From NCBI GenBank assembly GCA_964446625.1, contig CAYUPH010000004.1, positions 7,838 to 71,837 of the forward strand: a stretch of DNA of 64,000 nt, read 5' to 3'. Positions 39,050 through 49,499 of this stretch are shown in pieces. Each line of letters starts with the position of its first letter. The stretch's first letter is position 1. The notes under the pieces were generated by a model. That model saw only the letters and a list, made by a program, of their open reading frames with translations, searched no databases and was not told the origin of the DNA. The position numbers and the translations under genes are program-made. Source of the stretch: an uncultured Candidatus Saccharibacteria bacterium. GTDB taxonomy: Bacteria; Patescibacteriota; Minisyncoccia; Phycocordibacterales; CAIRYW01.

Positions 39050-39123
39050 CGCGAGTGAAGGGACTTGAACCCTCGGCCTTCCGCGTGACAGGCGGACGCT
39101 CTAACCAGCTGAGCTACACCCGC
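39050..39123 (-). tRNA. tRNA-Asp (GTC)
   Basis: GCGGGTGTAGCTCAGCTGGTTAGAGCG-TCCGC-CTGTCAC-GCGGA...GGTTCAAGTCCCTTCACTCGCG. Confidence 0.95.
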
Positions 39124-39191
39124 ATAGGTGCTTGTCCAAAGAGGTCTTTAGACAAGAGAATTATACACAAAAATAGAAAAACTCAAAATTG

Positions 39192-39264
39192 TGTCGGGAG
39201 TGGGGATTGAACCCACGACCCCAGGCTTATGAGTCCTGTGCTCTACCAACTGAGCTATCCCGAC
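39192..39264 (-). tRNA. tRNA with CAT anticodon (elongator Met or Ile2)
   Basis: GTCGGGATAGCTCAGTTGGTAGAGCA-CAGGA-CTCATAA-GCCTG...GGTTCAATCCCCACTCCCGACA. Confidence 0.9.
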
Positions 39265-39343
39265 GAATTACAAAGATGATATTACAAGAAAAATGCATTA
39301 TTTGCAAAAAAATACAAAAAAATATATACTAGCCCCTACATAC

Positions 39344-39417
39344 TGCGGGGTAGAGAAGTAGTATCTCGCAAGGCTCATAACCTTGAGGCCTCAGTGCAAT
39401 TCTGAGCCCCGCAACCA
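39344..39417 (+). tRNA. tRNA-Met (CAT), probably initiator
   Basis: TGCGGGGTAGAGAAGT...CAAGG-CTCATAA-CCTTG...CCCCGCAACCA with encoded CCA. Confidence 0.85.
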
Positions 39418-39421
39418 GTAT

Positions 39422-40102
39422 TTATATATAGAAGAACTCGTGAAAAACCTTCTTGTACATGCCGATAGCATCTTCGGCGTCTTTTTTTGTGAGCCGATAG
39501 TTTGAGCCACTGTGTGCAATCTCGTTTCGTATTTTGTGTGCTCGCCACGCTTCCGAAAGATGCGTAAAATCTGATGGCTCAATCTGCTTCAGTTTTTCTG
39601 CCACTCCCTCCCCTTCATAACCCATCTTGTCGAGCATTTCATTTAAAATAATATCGCAGTCAAGGATAGCCAGTCGCCAATCTGACTCAAGAGGAGACCT
39701 CATCTTTTCTTCTACCTTAATCCACGTTTTGTTTTTGACAGGCTCAGCTTTTAGTTTCTCTGGTCCAATAAGCGCAGCATCGTGCCCCGCATGCGAAGCG
39801 TGCCCTCCTCCATGTCCTCCGTGACCTCCATGACCGTGCAAGTTATTTAACTCATGTCTGAAGTAGAAAATGCCAAGAACGAACGCCATTGAAAGGAAAA
39901 TAGAAATTACTTGCCCTACATTGTAAACAGTAGAAAGAATTTTTGAAAATGAAGGAATGAGTGCAAAATTAAAATGCACTGCTCCAAGAAAATACTTTCC
40001 AACTGAAAGCAGAACAAAGAAAAGAAGAATCCAAAAGATAGCGTCAACAAATCCGTTTCCGCCTCCCCCTTCACCCCCTGCTGATTTTTTTTCATCTGCC
40101 AT
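39422..40102 (-). CDS. Hypothetical membrane protein with His/Gly-rich linker
   Basis: Two TMs, HGHGGHGGHGGGH linker, WRLAILDCD...AWRAHKIRNEIAH domain. Confidence 0.8.
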   Translation of the reverse strand: MADEKKSAGGEGGGGNGFVDAIFWILLFFVLLSVGKYFLGAVHFNFALIPSFSKILSTVYNVGQVISIFLSMAFVLGIFYFRHELNNLHGHGGHGGHGGGHASHAGHDAALIGPEKLKAEPVKNKTWIKVEEKMRSPLESDWRLAILDCDIILNEMLDKMGYEGEGVAEKLKQIEPSDFTHLSEAWRAHKIRNEIAHSGSNYRLTKKDAEDAIGMYKKVFHEFFYI

Positions 40103-40130
40103 GGGTATATTTTACACCAAAAAATAATTT

Positions 40131-41531
40131 TTAGAGTGTTTCAAAATGATGTGCAAAATCAAGAAGAGTAAAATCGTCTTTGTATCCAGAAAGAAACTGA
40201 ATCGCAAGTGGAAGTCCCTCCTCGGTCTTGCCGCTTGGAACAGAAATCGCCGGCACTCCTGCCAAATCCGCTGGTGATGTAAACAAATCTTCTAAATACA
40301 TTGCAATTGGATCATTTGTTTTCTCTCCAATTTTAAATGCAGGCCCAACCGTTGTCGGCATTGCAATAATCTCTACTTCTGCAAATGCTTTTTCAAAATC
40401 TCTTTTGATAAGCTCTCGAATTTTTGTCGCCTTTCCATAATAAGAATCATAGTAACCTGACGAAAGGACATATGTTCCCACAAGAATTCTTCTTTTTACT
40501 TCTTTTCCAATAAGAGAGCTTCGTGTTTTCGTGTAGTCCTCAAGAAGGTCTCGTCCTTCTACTTTTTGACCGAACTTTACACCATCGTAGCGTGCCATGT
40601 TCGATGACACCTCAGCAGGAACAATGATGTAGTAAACAGGAATTGAATAATCGATATAAGGGAGAGACACATCAACAACAAGGTACCCCGCGTCTTCCAT
40701 CTTTTTTATTGAGTCCTTAAAATTTTGGAGGACCCTTGGATCAATTCCTCCTTTTTCTAGAAGCGCTTTACATACGCCAATCTTTTTTACTGCGCGTGTT
40801 TCGCTAGAGACATCTATGCTCGTAGCATCAAATCTGTCTTTTCCGCGGATAACATCGAAAACAATTTTTGCATCCTCTGCATTTTTTGCAAAAGGACCCA
40901 TATGATCAAGAGAAGATGCCATCGCCATGACTCCGTGCCGAGATACTGCACCGTAACTTCCTTTGTATCCCACAACTCCACAAAAGCTTGCTGGCTGGCG
41001 AATAGATCCTCCTGTGTCAGACCCAATTGCAAAAAGACAAAAGTCCGCAGCGAGCGCTGCCGCACTTCCTCCGCTTGATCCTCCAGCAACACGATTGGTG
41101 TCATGTGGATTTCGCACAACTCCGAAAGCAGAGTTTTCAGTCGACGCACCCATCGCAAACTCGTCCATGTTTGCTCGTCCAAGAAGTACCGCACCTGCTT
41201 CTGTAAGTTTTCTTCCTACTGTTGAGTCATATGTGGCGGTATATCCTTCAAGAATTTTAGAAGCTGAAGACGCTCTCTTGCTTTTGTATAAAAAGTTATC
41301 TTTTACAATATAAGGAATTCCAAGAAGAGGAAGTTTTTCTCCTGCTTTTATTTTTTTGTCTGCTTCCTCCGCGACAGAAAGCGCATCATCAAAAACCTCA
41401 AGAACTGCATTTAGATTTCCATTTTGCTCTGCGATTTTATCCAAAAAATACTTTGTGAGTTCTACACTCGTAAGCTCACCCTTATCTAGTTTTTCACGCG
41501 CTTCTTTGATTGTAAGATTAGAATAATCCAT
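40131..41531 (-). CDS. gatA: Asp/Glu-tRNA amidotransferase subunit A
   Basis: Amidase signature GGSSGGSAA, SDTGGSIRQPA, RRILVGTYVLSSGYYDSYY. Confidence 0.96.
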   Translation of the reverse strand: MDYSNLTIKEAREKLDKGELTSVELTKYFLDKIAEQNGNLNAVLEVFDDALSVAEEADKKIKAGEKLPLLGIPYIVKDNFLYKSKRASSASKILEGYTATYDSTVGRKLTEAGAVLLGRANMDEFAMGASTENSAFGVVRNPHDTNRVAGGSSGGSAAALAADFCLFAIGSDTGGSIRQPASFCGVVGYKGSYGAVSRHGVMAMASSLDHMGPFAKNAEDAKIVFDVIRGKDRFDATSIDVSSETRAVKKIGVCKALLEKGGIDPRVLQNFKDSIKKMEDAGYLVVDVSLPYIDYSIPVYYIIVPAEVSSNMARYDGVKFGQKVEGRDLLEDYTKTRSSLIGKEVKRRILVGTYVLSSGYYDSYYGKATKIRELIKRDFEKAFAEVEIIAMPTTVGPAFKIGEKTNDPIAMYLEDLFTSPADLAGVPAISVPSGKTEEGLPLAIQFLSGYKDDFTLLDFAHHFETL

Positions 41532-41536
41532 TGTCT

Positions 41537-41821
41537 TTAGTTCAGAATTTTTTTAACTTTTACATACCCATTTTCTGTCGCTGGCGCTTCCGCAAGCAGG
41601 CTTTCACTCGTGCTTTCCAACACTCCGAGCAGAGCGTCCTCTCTGCTTACATTTCGAAGCTCTGGCACTTCCTTTCCTTCAACGTCTGTGAGTACATTAT
41701 TTATCTGTCCTACATACTCCAAAATAGCTCCAAGCTTTTCCTGCATGTCAGTTAGTTCTGCATCTTCAAACTCGAGCCGAGCCAGAGTTGCTAGTTTTTT
41801 TACCTCTTCTTTAGAAATCAT
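41537..41821 (-). CDS. gatC: Asp/Glu-tRNA amidotransferase subunit C
   Basis: MISKEEVKKLATLARL...ILEYVGQI...NVSRED; upstream of gatA. Confidence 0.92.
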   Translation of the reverse strand: MISKEEVKKLATLARLEFEDAELTDMQEKLGAILEYVGQINNVLTDVEGKEVPELRNVSREDALLGVLESTSESLLAEAPATENGYVKVKKILN

Positions 41822-41906
41822 AGGCTCAATTGTAGCACAGTTTTCCTTTTGTTTAAGGAGGGGTTTAGTTGACTAAGCATTCACTTTATGTTTTTATTCT
41901 GACAGC

Positions 41907-42524
41907 ATGAAAAAGTTCCTCAGCGCTTTGCGCAAACTGGGCCCATTCCTTATGGGCGTTATTCTCGGAGTGGACATGGGCATTGGCCTCATCGTCTTCT
42001 GGGTCTTTGGTGTCATCACCAAGGACGTAAGCATCACCAATCTGCTGTTTTGCGTCTTCATGGCGCATGCACCTGATGCAGATATGCTCCTATACATGGT
42101 TCCGCCCATAAGGAGAACATTATCCCTTCCAAGTCACCGAGTGATAGGGCACCACCCTGTGCTCATAATTCCCTTCTTCGTCATCCTTGGGATGTGGGTT
42201 ACAACCATGTTCCCAATAGAGAAGTGGGTTCTTCAGGGGATCATTCTCCTGGTCACCCACTTCATACACGACATGACAAACCGGAGCGGACTTCATCTTC
42301 TGTCTCCGTTCGATTGGACGAGATGGAGATTAAGTTCGCGAGGAATTCATGTTGTGACTGAAGAGGAACTAGATGAAGAATTCGGCGATGGCACAAAGTA
42401 TGGACAAGGAGGAGTGAGTGAGTTTGAGAACCGCACTGAGCCTTTATCCATCACTGGTGTCGCACTGGTGCTCACTGGTATCACCGGCACCCTCTTCTCG
42501 TTCCTTATCTTCCAGCACCACTGA
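41907..42524 (+). CDS. Membrane-bound metal-dependent hydrolase (YdjM-like)
   Basis: APDAD, SHRVIGHH, THFIHD motifs in a hydrophobic protein; more GC-rich than neighbours. Confidence 0.72.
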   Translation: MKKFLSALRKLGPFLMGVILGVDMGIGLIVFWVFGVITKDVSITNLLFCVFMAHAPDADMLLYMVPPIRRTLSLPSHRVIGHHPVLIIPFFVILGMWVTTMFPIEKWVLQGIILLVTHFIHDMTNRSGLHLLSPFDWTRWRLSSRGIHVVTEEELDEEFGDGTKYGQGGVSEFENRTEPLSITGVALVLTGITGTLFSFLIFQHH

Positions 42525-42540
42525 TAAGTGTGTGCTTTTT

Positions 42541-44574
<2,034 letters not shown>

Positions 44575-45225
44575 CTAGTATGTGGTTTTAATCGCTCGTT
44601 CGAAACGATTTTTATTTGATTTATCGCAAGTACTATACCCTCTTGAAACGACTGTTGTCTTGTACCCTCCTGTATAGTCACCGTAACTATCTGTTTCTGG
44701 GGTTTTGAGCACCTCTACATCAAAGCATATATTTTTGTCATTGTCTGCTGTCACCTCAAATTTAGTTAAAACTGAATTTCCGCTTGCTGCGCTACTTGGG
44801 TTGTGGAGAGCCGCGTCTCCAGTTCCTTCTGTATCAACAGTAAAATATATTGGAGCTCCTGCACTGTCTGTAAGGCACGAGTAGACTGCGGGCCTGTACC
44901 CTGCCCCCTCGTCACAGTACTCAATTCCAGAAATCGCACCACTTTCATCAAAACCGGGTTGTCCAAAAAATCTACCTCTACTTTTACAAGATGTTGTTGG
45001 ATCAGATGACACCTCTCCTCCGTAATTGTAATCAAGATAGAGAGCACACTCTGTTCCGGTGTCCGCAGCATAAAACGCGTGCTGACTTTCCCGACCAGCT
45101 GACGCAAGTGTGATTTGTTTTATTGTAATTCGCAGTATCGCAAGACCAATCGCAAGAACAAGACTTGCAACAAGGGATGCAAAGAGAATCGAGAAACCTT
45201 TTTTTGTTTGAAGTGACTTAAACAT
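44575..45225 (-). CDS. Minor pilin, PilX-like
   Basis: KKGFSILFASLV... lacking Glu+5; AFYAADTGTECA. Confidence 0.75.
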   Translation of the reverse strand: MFKSLQTKKGFSILFASLVASLVLAIGLAILRITIKQITLASAGRESQHAFYAADTGTECALYLDYNYGGEVSSDPTTSCKSRGRFFGQPGFDESGAISGIEYCDEGAGYRPAVYSCLTDSAGAPIYFTVDTEGTGDAALHNPSSAASGNSVLTKFEVTADNDKNICFDVEVLKTPETDSYGDYTGGYKTTVVSRGYSTCDKSNKNRFERAIKTTY

Positions 45226-45226
45226 A

Positions 45227-45817
45227 TTATTCTCGTAGTTGCCAATTATACAACCTCTCTTTTATAACAAACTGCCGAGTGAGACTAAATACCCCGCCTG
45301 TACTCCAGCTCACTGTCGCTTCTACTGTTGCTGAGTTTTCTGCTGAGTCAGGAATAATCTTTACTACTCTTTTAAACTTTGTACCCTCTCCGCTCGAGTA
45401 GCTATACCTAGACATTTCATCGTTCACATCAAAAGCAAGTCGAAGAGGTGAACCACATTTACTACCACTACTACAAGGAACAAGAACATCAGTGTCTCCC
45501 ACCTCAACGCTACATCCATTCGTGTCGTCGATACACGCGCGCAAAGGATCAAGCCAGCTTCCAGAAACACCCCCAGCCGTTTTCAAATGCTCAATATATG
45601 CATTGTCTCTTGTGTTTCGCACAACTTCAAGAGCTTCTTGTCCAAGGTAATAAGCAGTAATTTCGTCCCTCGCATAAAAAGCCGAAGAAAGTCCTTTTGA
45701 AGCAATTTCCATTGGACCCACAATTGCAACGACAAGAATCGAGATTGCCACAAGAGTTTCAATCAAGGTGAAACCTTTTTTTAGCGAAAGAGTGTTTTGT
45801 AAAAATTTTCTTTTCAT
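45227..45817 (-). CDS. Minor pilin, PilV-like
   Basis: KKGFTLIETLVAI class III signal. Confidence 0.85.
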   Translation of the reverse strand: MKRKFLQNTLSLKKGFTLIETLVAISILVVAIVGPMEIASKGLSSAFYARDEITAYYLGQEALEVVRNTRDNAYIEHLKTAGGVSGSWLDPLRACIDDTNGCSVEVGDTDVLVPCSSGSKCGSPLRLAFDVNDEMSRYSYSSGEGTKFKRVVKIIPDSAENSATVEATVSWSTGGVFSLTRQFVIKERLYNWQLRE

Positions 45818-45818
45818 T

Positions 45819-46385
45819 TTATATATCAAGTTTTCTTTGTGAGACAAATGTTTGAATATTGAACTGCGCTCTCTGTCCTCCAATAAGCGCACTTCCTCGA
45901 ATCAAGATCAGGATTTGCGGTTGGGTTTCATCTGAACTATCTGTTCCGTTTACATAAAATTCTAGCTGTGAAATTTCTACCTGTTCCGAAGTCAGGTATT
46001 GCTTTTCTTCTCCCTCCACCTTTTTATAAATCCTTTTTACTGCACTGTCATACCCGTACTCTACATGGTACTCAGTATCCTCATCCTCAACAAACTGAGC
46101 GTATTGGTTTGAAACAAAAGTAACACTGCTCCCAGGGTTTGTTGGACAATCTCCAGAGCCATTACATTCATATCGGTATCCTGTGCGGAGGTCACGAACC
46201 ATGGTTTCAATTGAAAGGTTTAGGTTATTTAAAACCGAGTGATAAGCCTGCGCTCTCTTGTTTGCGCCTACAATTGCAAGAATGGCACCGAGTGTAATCA
46301 TCATTACAAGAGCAAAAATACCGAGAGCGACAATAATCTCAATCAAAGTGAAACCTTTTTTTACTGTGAAAGTATTTTTACTCAT
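45819..46385 (-). CDS. Minor pilin, PilW-like
   Basis: KKGFTLIEIIVALG class III signal. Confidence 0.85.
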   Translation of the reverse strand: MSKNTFTVKKGFTLIEIIVALGIFALVMMITLGAILAIVGANKRAQAYHSVLNNLNLSIETMVRDLRTGYRYECNGSGDCPTNPGSSVTFVSNQYAQFVEDEDTEYHVEYGYDSAVKRIYKKVEGEEKQYLTSEQVEISQLEFYVNGTDSSDETQPQILILIRGSALIGGQRAQFNIQTFVSQRKLDI

Positions 46386-46386
46386 T

Positions 46387-47037
46387 TTAATTTGCTGCAA
46401 CAAGGCACTCATACGAACAGGTGTCCGCTTCAGAGCAAATTGGTAATACAGAAATTTGTCCCACCGCTGTCACAGACACTACTCGACACTTGTCACCGAG
46501 TGAGGACTGAACCATGATTCTTGCCTCCGGAAAATTCCGAGCACCTGCCTCGGGCACTCTAATTCGCGCATCCAAATCTGGTTTCTTAAACACAATATCC
46601 AGGCTTCCGGGCAATTCTGTCCAGTTTCCTTCACCGTCGTAAACTGCATATGTTTTCACTTTTTGTTCTCTTGTAAGGGAAACAGCTTCTATTTCCTCTG
46701 TTGCATCATATGAAAAGTCTAGGTTTGCTTCTTTTCCATCAAGAAATGTCTTATACCCTCCCAAATCAGTAGCGTCAAAATGCACCCCGTAAGCAAGCCC
46801 TTGTGCTGGGTCCGAAATATCTGCTTCTCTTGAACCCACTCCAAACACTTGTGCTTCTCGAATTGAAAGCGCGACATCGTAGGCTGTATTTGAAATCAAA
46901 ATATCACTTGAAAAGCGCGACTGCTTAAAAAGTGTTGCACCGAGAACAATAAAAAAGATCGCAGACACCATAAGGAGCTCAATTAGTGAAAACCCTTTAT
47001 TCTTTTCTATTTTTTTAAAAGAAAGTTTTTCTTTCAT
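46387..47037 (-). CDS. Minor pilin, FimT/FimU-like
   Basis: NKGFSLIELLMV class III signal. Confidence 0.82.
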   Translation of the reverse strand: MKEKLSFKKIEKNKGFSLIELLMVSAIFFIVLGATLFKQSRFSSDILISNTAYDVALSIREAQVFGVGSREADISDPAQGLAYGVHFDATDLGGYKTFLDGKEANLDFSYDATEEIEAVSLTREQKVKTYAVYDGEGNWTELPGSLDIVFKKPDLDARIRVPEAGARNFPEARIMVQSSLGDKCRVVSVTAVGQISVLPICSEADTCSYECLVAAN

Positions 47038-47038
47038 A

Positions 47039-47854
47039 CTAAAGGAAAAAGAAATCAATAAAATCTTTTAGTCTAAAAAAGTCAAAAGAAAAAAGAAACT
47101 GGAGAAAGATACCGAGCGCCAAGAATGGCCCAAACGGAATCTCACTCTTTAAGTGAAGAGTTGTTCTTCTTTTTAGTTTGTCATAAATCATTTTAAGTAC
47201 AGCGACCGCTGCGCCAATCCAAAAACTAAGAACGACTGCGCTCACACCTCCCACAAAGCCAAGAAGCCAGCCGGCACCGAGCGCGATTTTGGCGTCACCA
47301 AAGCCCATTGCTCTTCCCCGAGAAAGGTACCAAATCGCTGCAAATGGAAGTGCGATAATCGGCCCCGCAAGAAGATGAAGCGATCCGTAAATTGTTTTGA
47401 AGTACCACGCATGGTGAGCAAAAATCATCCAAAAGAAACTCGCACCAATAAAAAAGTACACAGGAACATCTGGAATTATTTTGTGTTTAATATCATATGA
47501 GGAAATAACAATAAGAAGCGAAAAGATAAAAGCAAAAAAAGCAAACGGAATTAAAAGCAAAATACCGCCTGCAGAAAAACAAGTATAAATAGTTGCAAAG
47601 ACAAGACCAGTGATTCCCTCTACCAAAGGGTACTCGAGAGAAATTTTTGAGCTACACCCAGTACACTTTCCTCCCTGAAAGAAAAAGCTCAGAAGAGGAA
47701 TAAGTTCAAGAGGAGCAAGCTTCTTGCCACACGTGAAGCATCCACTCCGTCCGGTGAGTCGTCGTCCTGTTTTGTACCGGAGAACAACCACATTGAGAAA
47801 ACTTCCGATAATAGTTCCAAAGACAAATACAATAAGAATTGAAAGTGTTTGCAT
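47039..47854 (-). CDS. pilD: Prepilin peptidase
   Basis: GSFLNVV, CxxC pairs, YDIKHKIIPD, MGFGDAK, IPFGPFL. Confidence 0.93.
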   Translation of the reverse strand: MQTLSILIVFVFGTIIGSFLNVVVLRYKTGRRLTGRSGCFTCGKKLAPLELIPLLSFFFQGGKCTGCSSKISLEYPLVEGITGLVFATIYTCFSAGGILLLIPFAFFAFIFSLLIVISSYDIKHKIIPDVPVYFFIGASFFWMIFAHHAWYFKTIYGSLHLLAGPIIALPFAAIWYLSRGRAMGFGDAKIALGAGWLLGFVGGVSAVVLSFWIGAAVAVLKMIYDKLKRRTTLHLKSEIPFGPFLALGIFLQFLFSFDFFRLKDFIDFFFL

Positions 47855-47910
47855 AACTTTATTATACCTGTCCCGTCTTGATTATTAAAGAGGAAAAGAG
47901 GTCTTAAGAG

Positions 47911-48004
47911 GGCTTTTTATCTGAGCAGACCGGAATATTTTTCTCTGGAAAAATTTCCTCCGCCATGGGCCGAGCCTCGTCGGAGTTTTCTCAGATAAAA
48001 AGCC
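47911..48004. repeat. Multi-branched inverted-repeat element
   Basis: GGCTTTTTATCTGAG...CTCAGATAAAAAGCC enclosing two internal hairpins. Confidence 0.75.
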
Positions 48005-48012
48005 GAGGAGTT

Positions 48013-48414
48013 CTAATTAGGTCCGGATACCTTAAAGTTATTTGTAGAGTCCCCTGTCGAACAAGACTCGGTATTCGCACTGCTCGCAAGCTCCATTGTG
48101 ACTCCAATACAATACTTTCTTGTACCACTATTAAAGGTATATCCAAAAGGTTTACTGTCCTTTGGGTCTACCGGCGCCTCTTTTAGATAGTCTGGAACAA
48201 GTTCTGAGAGAGTATTTGGCCAAGATGACGCGTCGTCGATGTGCTCCTCGTGGTAGAGGTTAAGTGCATCTTCTACATCACGGAGTTTTGCGAGCCGAAC
48301 TCCGTCACGCGTTTTTGGTTTGCTGTCTCCAAGAGAATTTATAATAACCGCCGAAAAAATTCCGATTATTCCGATTGTGACAATAAGCTCAATTAGAGTG
48401 AAACCGCGCTTCAT
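48013..48414 (-). CDS. Type IV pilin-like (GspG-like) protein
   Basis: MKRGFTLIELIVTIGII; PVDP motif. Confidence 0.88.
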   Translation of the reverse strand: MKRGFTLIELIVTIGIIGIFSAVIINSLGDSKPKTRDGVRLAKLRDVEDALNLYHEEHIDDASSWPNTLSELVPDYLKEAPVDPKDSKPFGYTFNSGTRKYCIGVTMELASSANTESCSTGDSTNNFKVSGPN

Positions 48415-48416
48415 AT

Positions 48417-48812
48417 TTAACACCCTGGAACTGGAAAACTTACTCCTGTCAGTCCAATGTCTGCTGTACAGGCTGTTGTTCCATCGCTTCCTACCGCTCC
48501 GTTTGTTGCCGTAAGGTTTACTGCAAAGTTTGTTTCTGGTCCGCTACAGTTTAGTAAAATCGTATCTTCGTTAAAAGCATATGTTGTCGCGTTTGAAGGA
48601 AAGTCAGCAGATGAAAGAGTGCTTCCGCTGTCGCATTTTGCAATAAGTGCTGGAGTAAGACCATCTACCTCAGATCTAAAAGCAGCTCGAAGTGCCTTAT
48701 TTCGCTGAGAGGATACACTCGCCGTAACCACTGCCGCAAAAATACCAACAATTGCAATCACAACCAGAAGTTCAATTAAAGTAAAACCAAATGAGAAATT
48801 ATTTTTTTTCAT
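48417..48812 (-). CDS. Type IV pilin (paralog of the upstream pilin)
   Basis: GFTLIELLVVIAIVGIF; four Cys. Confidence 0.88.
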   Translation of the reverse strand: MKKNNFSFGFTLIELLVVIAIVGIFAAVVTASVSSQRNKALRAAFRSEVDGLTPALIAKCDSGSTLSSADFPSNATTYAFNEDTILLNCSGPETNFAVNLTATNGAVGSDGTTACTADIGLTGVSFPVPGC

Positions 48813-48878
48813 AAAATTAGTAAAATTATTTTTAAAAGACCTTTTTATCATATCAAATAGATAGTAAAAGTTCTCCCC

Positions 48879-48914
48879 AAACAAAAAAACCGCCAAAGGG
48901 CGGTTTTTTTGTTT
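48879..48914. terminator. Terminator after the putative major pilin
   Basis: AAACAAAAAAACCGCC-aaag-GGCGGTTTTTTTGTTT. Confidence 0.8.
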
Positions 48915-48930
48915 CTTTAGATAGAAGTAC

Positions 48931-49311
48931 TTAGCAACCTGTTGTATAAGTTACCCCTGTCTGTGTTACAGTAGCAACACATGTTGTTCCTCCTGAAGTT
49001 GCAGCACCGTTACTTGCTGTAATTGCAACTGAAAATGTACCGTCAGTATCACAGTCAGAATCAGCTCCGGATGGGAATGCTGTGAGTGCATCATAACTGC
49101 TTCCTCCAGGAAAATCTGAAGTCGCCAAATCTGCAGAATCACATTTTGTGATTAGAGATGGTACAAGAGAAGCTGTCTCTGCCTTGAAAGCTGCTACTTT
49201 AGCCTTTGTTCTTGTGGGACCTAGAGAAACTAGAACCACGCCAGAAAGGATTCCGATAATAGCAATCACAACGAGAAGCTCGATGAGTGTAAAACCTTTT
49301 TTTGTTGACAT
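48931..49311 (-). CDS. Putative major type IV pilin
   Basis: MSTKKGFTLIELLVVIAIIGILS; own long leader and terminator. Confidence 0.9.
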   Translation of the reverse strand: MSTKKGFTLIELLVVIAIIGILSGVVLVSLGPTRTKAKVAAFKAETASLVPSLITKCDSADLATSDFPGGSSYDALTAFPSGADSDCDTDGTFSVAITASNGAATSGGTTCVATVTQTGVTYTTGC

Positions 49312-49499
49312 GAATTAATTTGTTAACTTTTTTCTAATAATAATCAATTGATTATGCCTTCTTTGTTTTTAAGTCCCCCAGAAGACGGAGAAAAGACTAG
49401 ATATTCGACCGCTTAATTTATTTAAAGCTTTAATTTAATTATAACAAAGTAAGGGGCGCCTCAAAGCGCCCCTGTGGAAAACTCTTTGTCTTCCCCTTC

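Noticed and set aside
38553-39210. ORFs 38553-38900 and 38875-39210
   Set aside because: They run through the structured repeat and antisense to tRNAs; better explained as non-coding.
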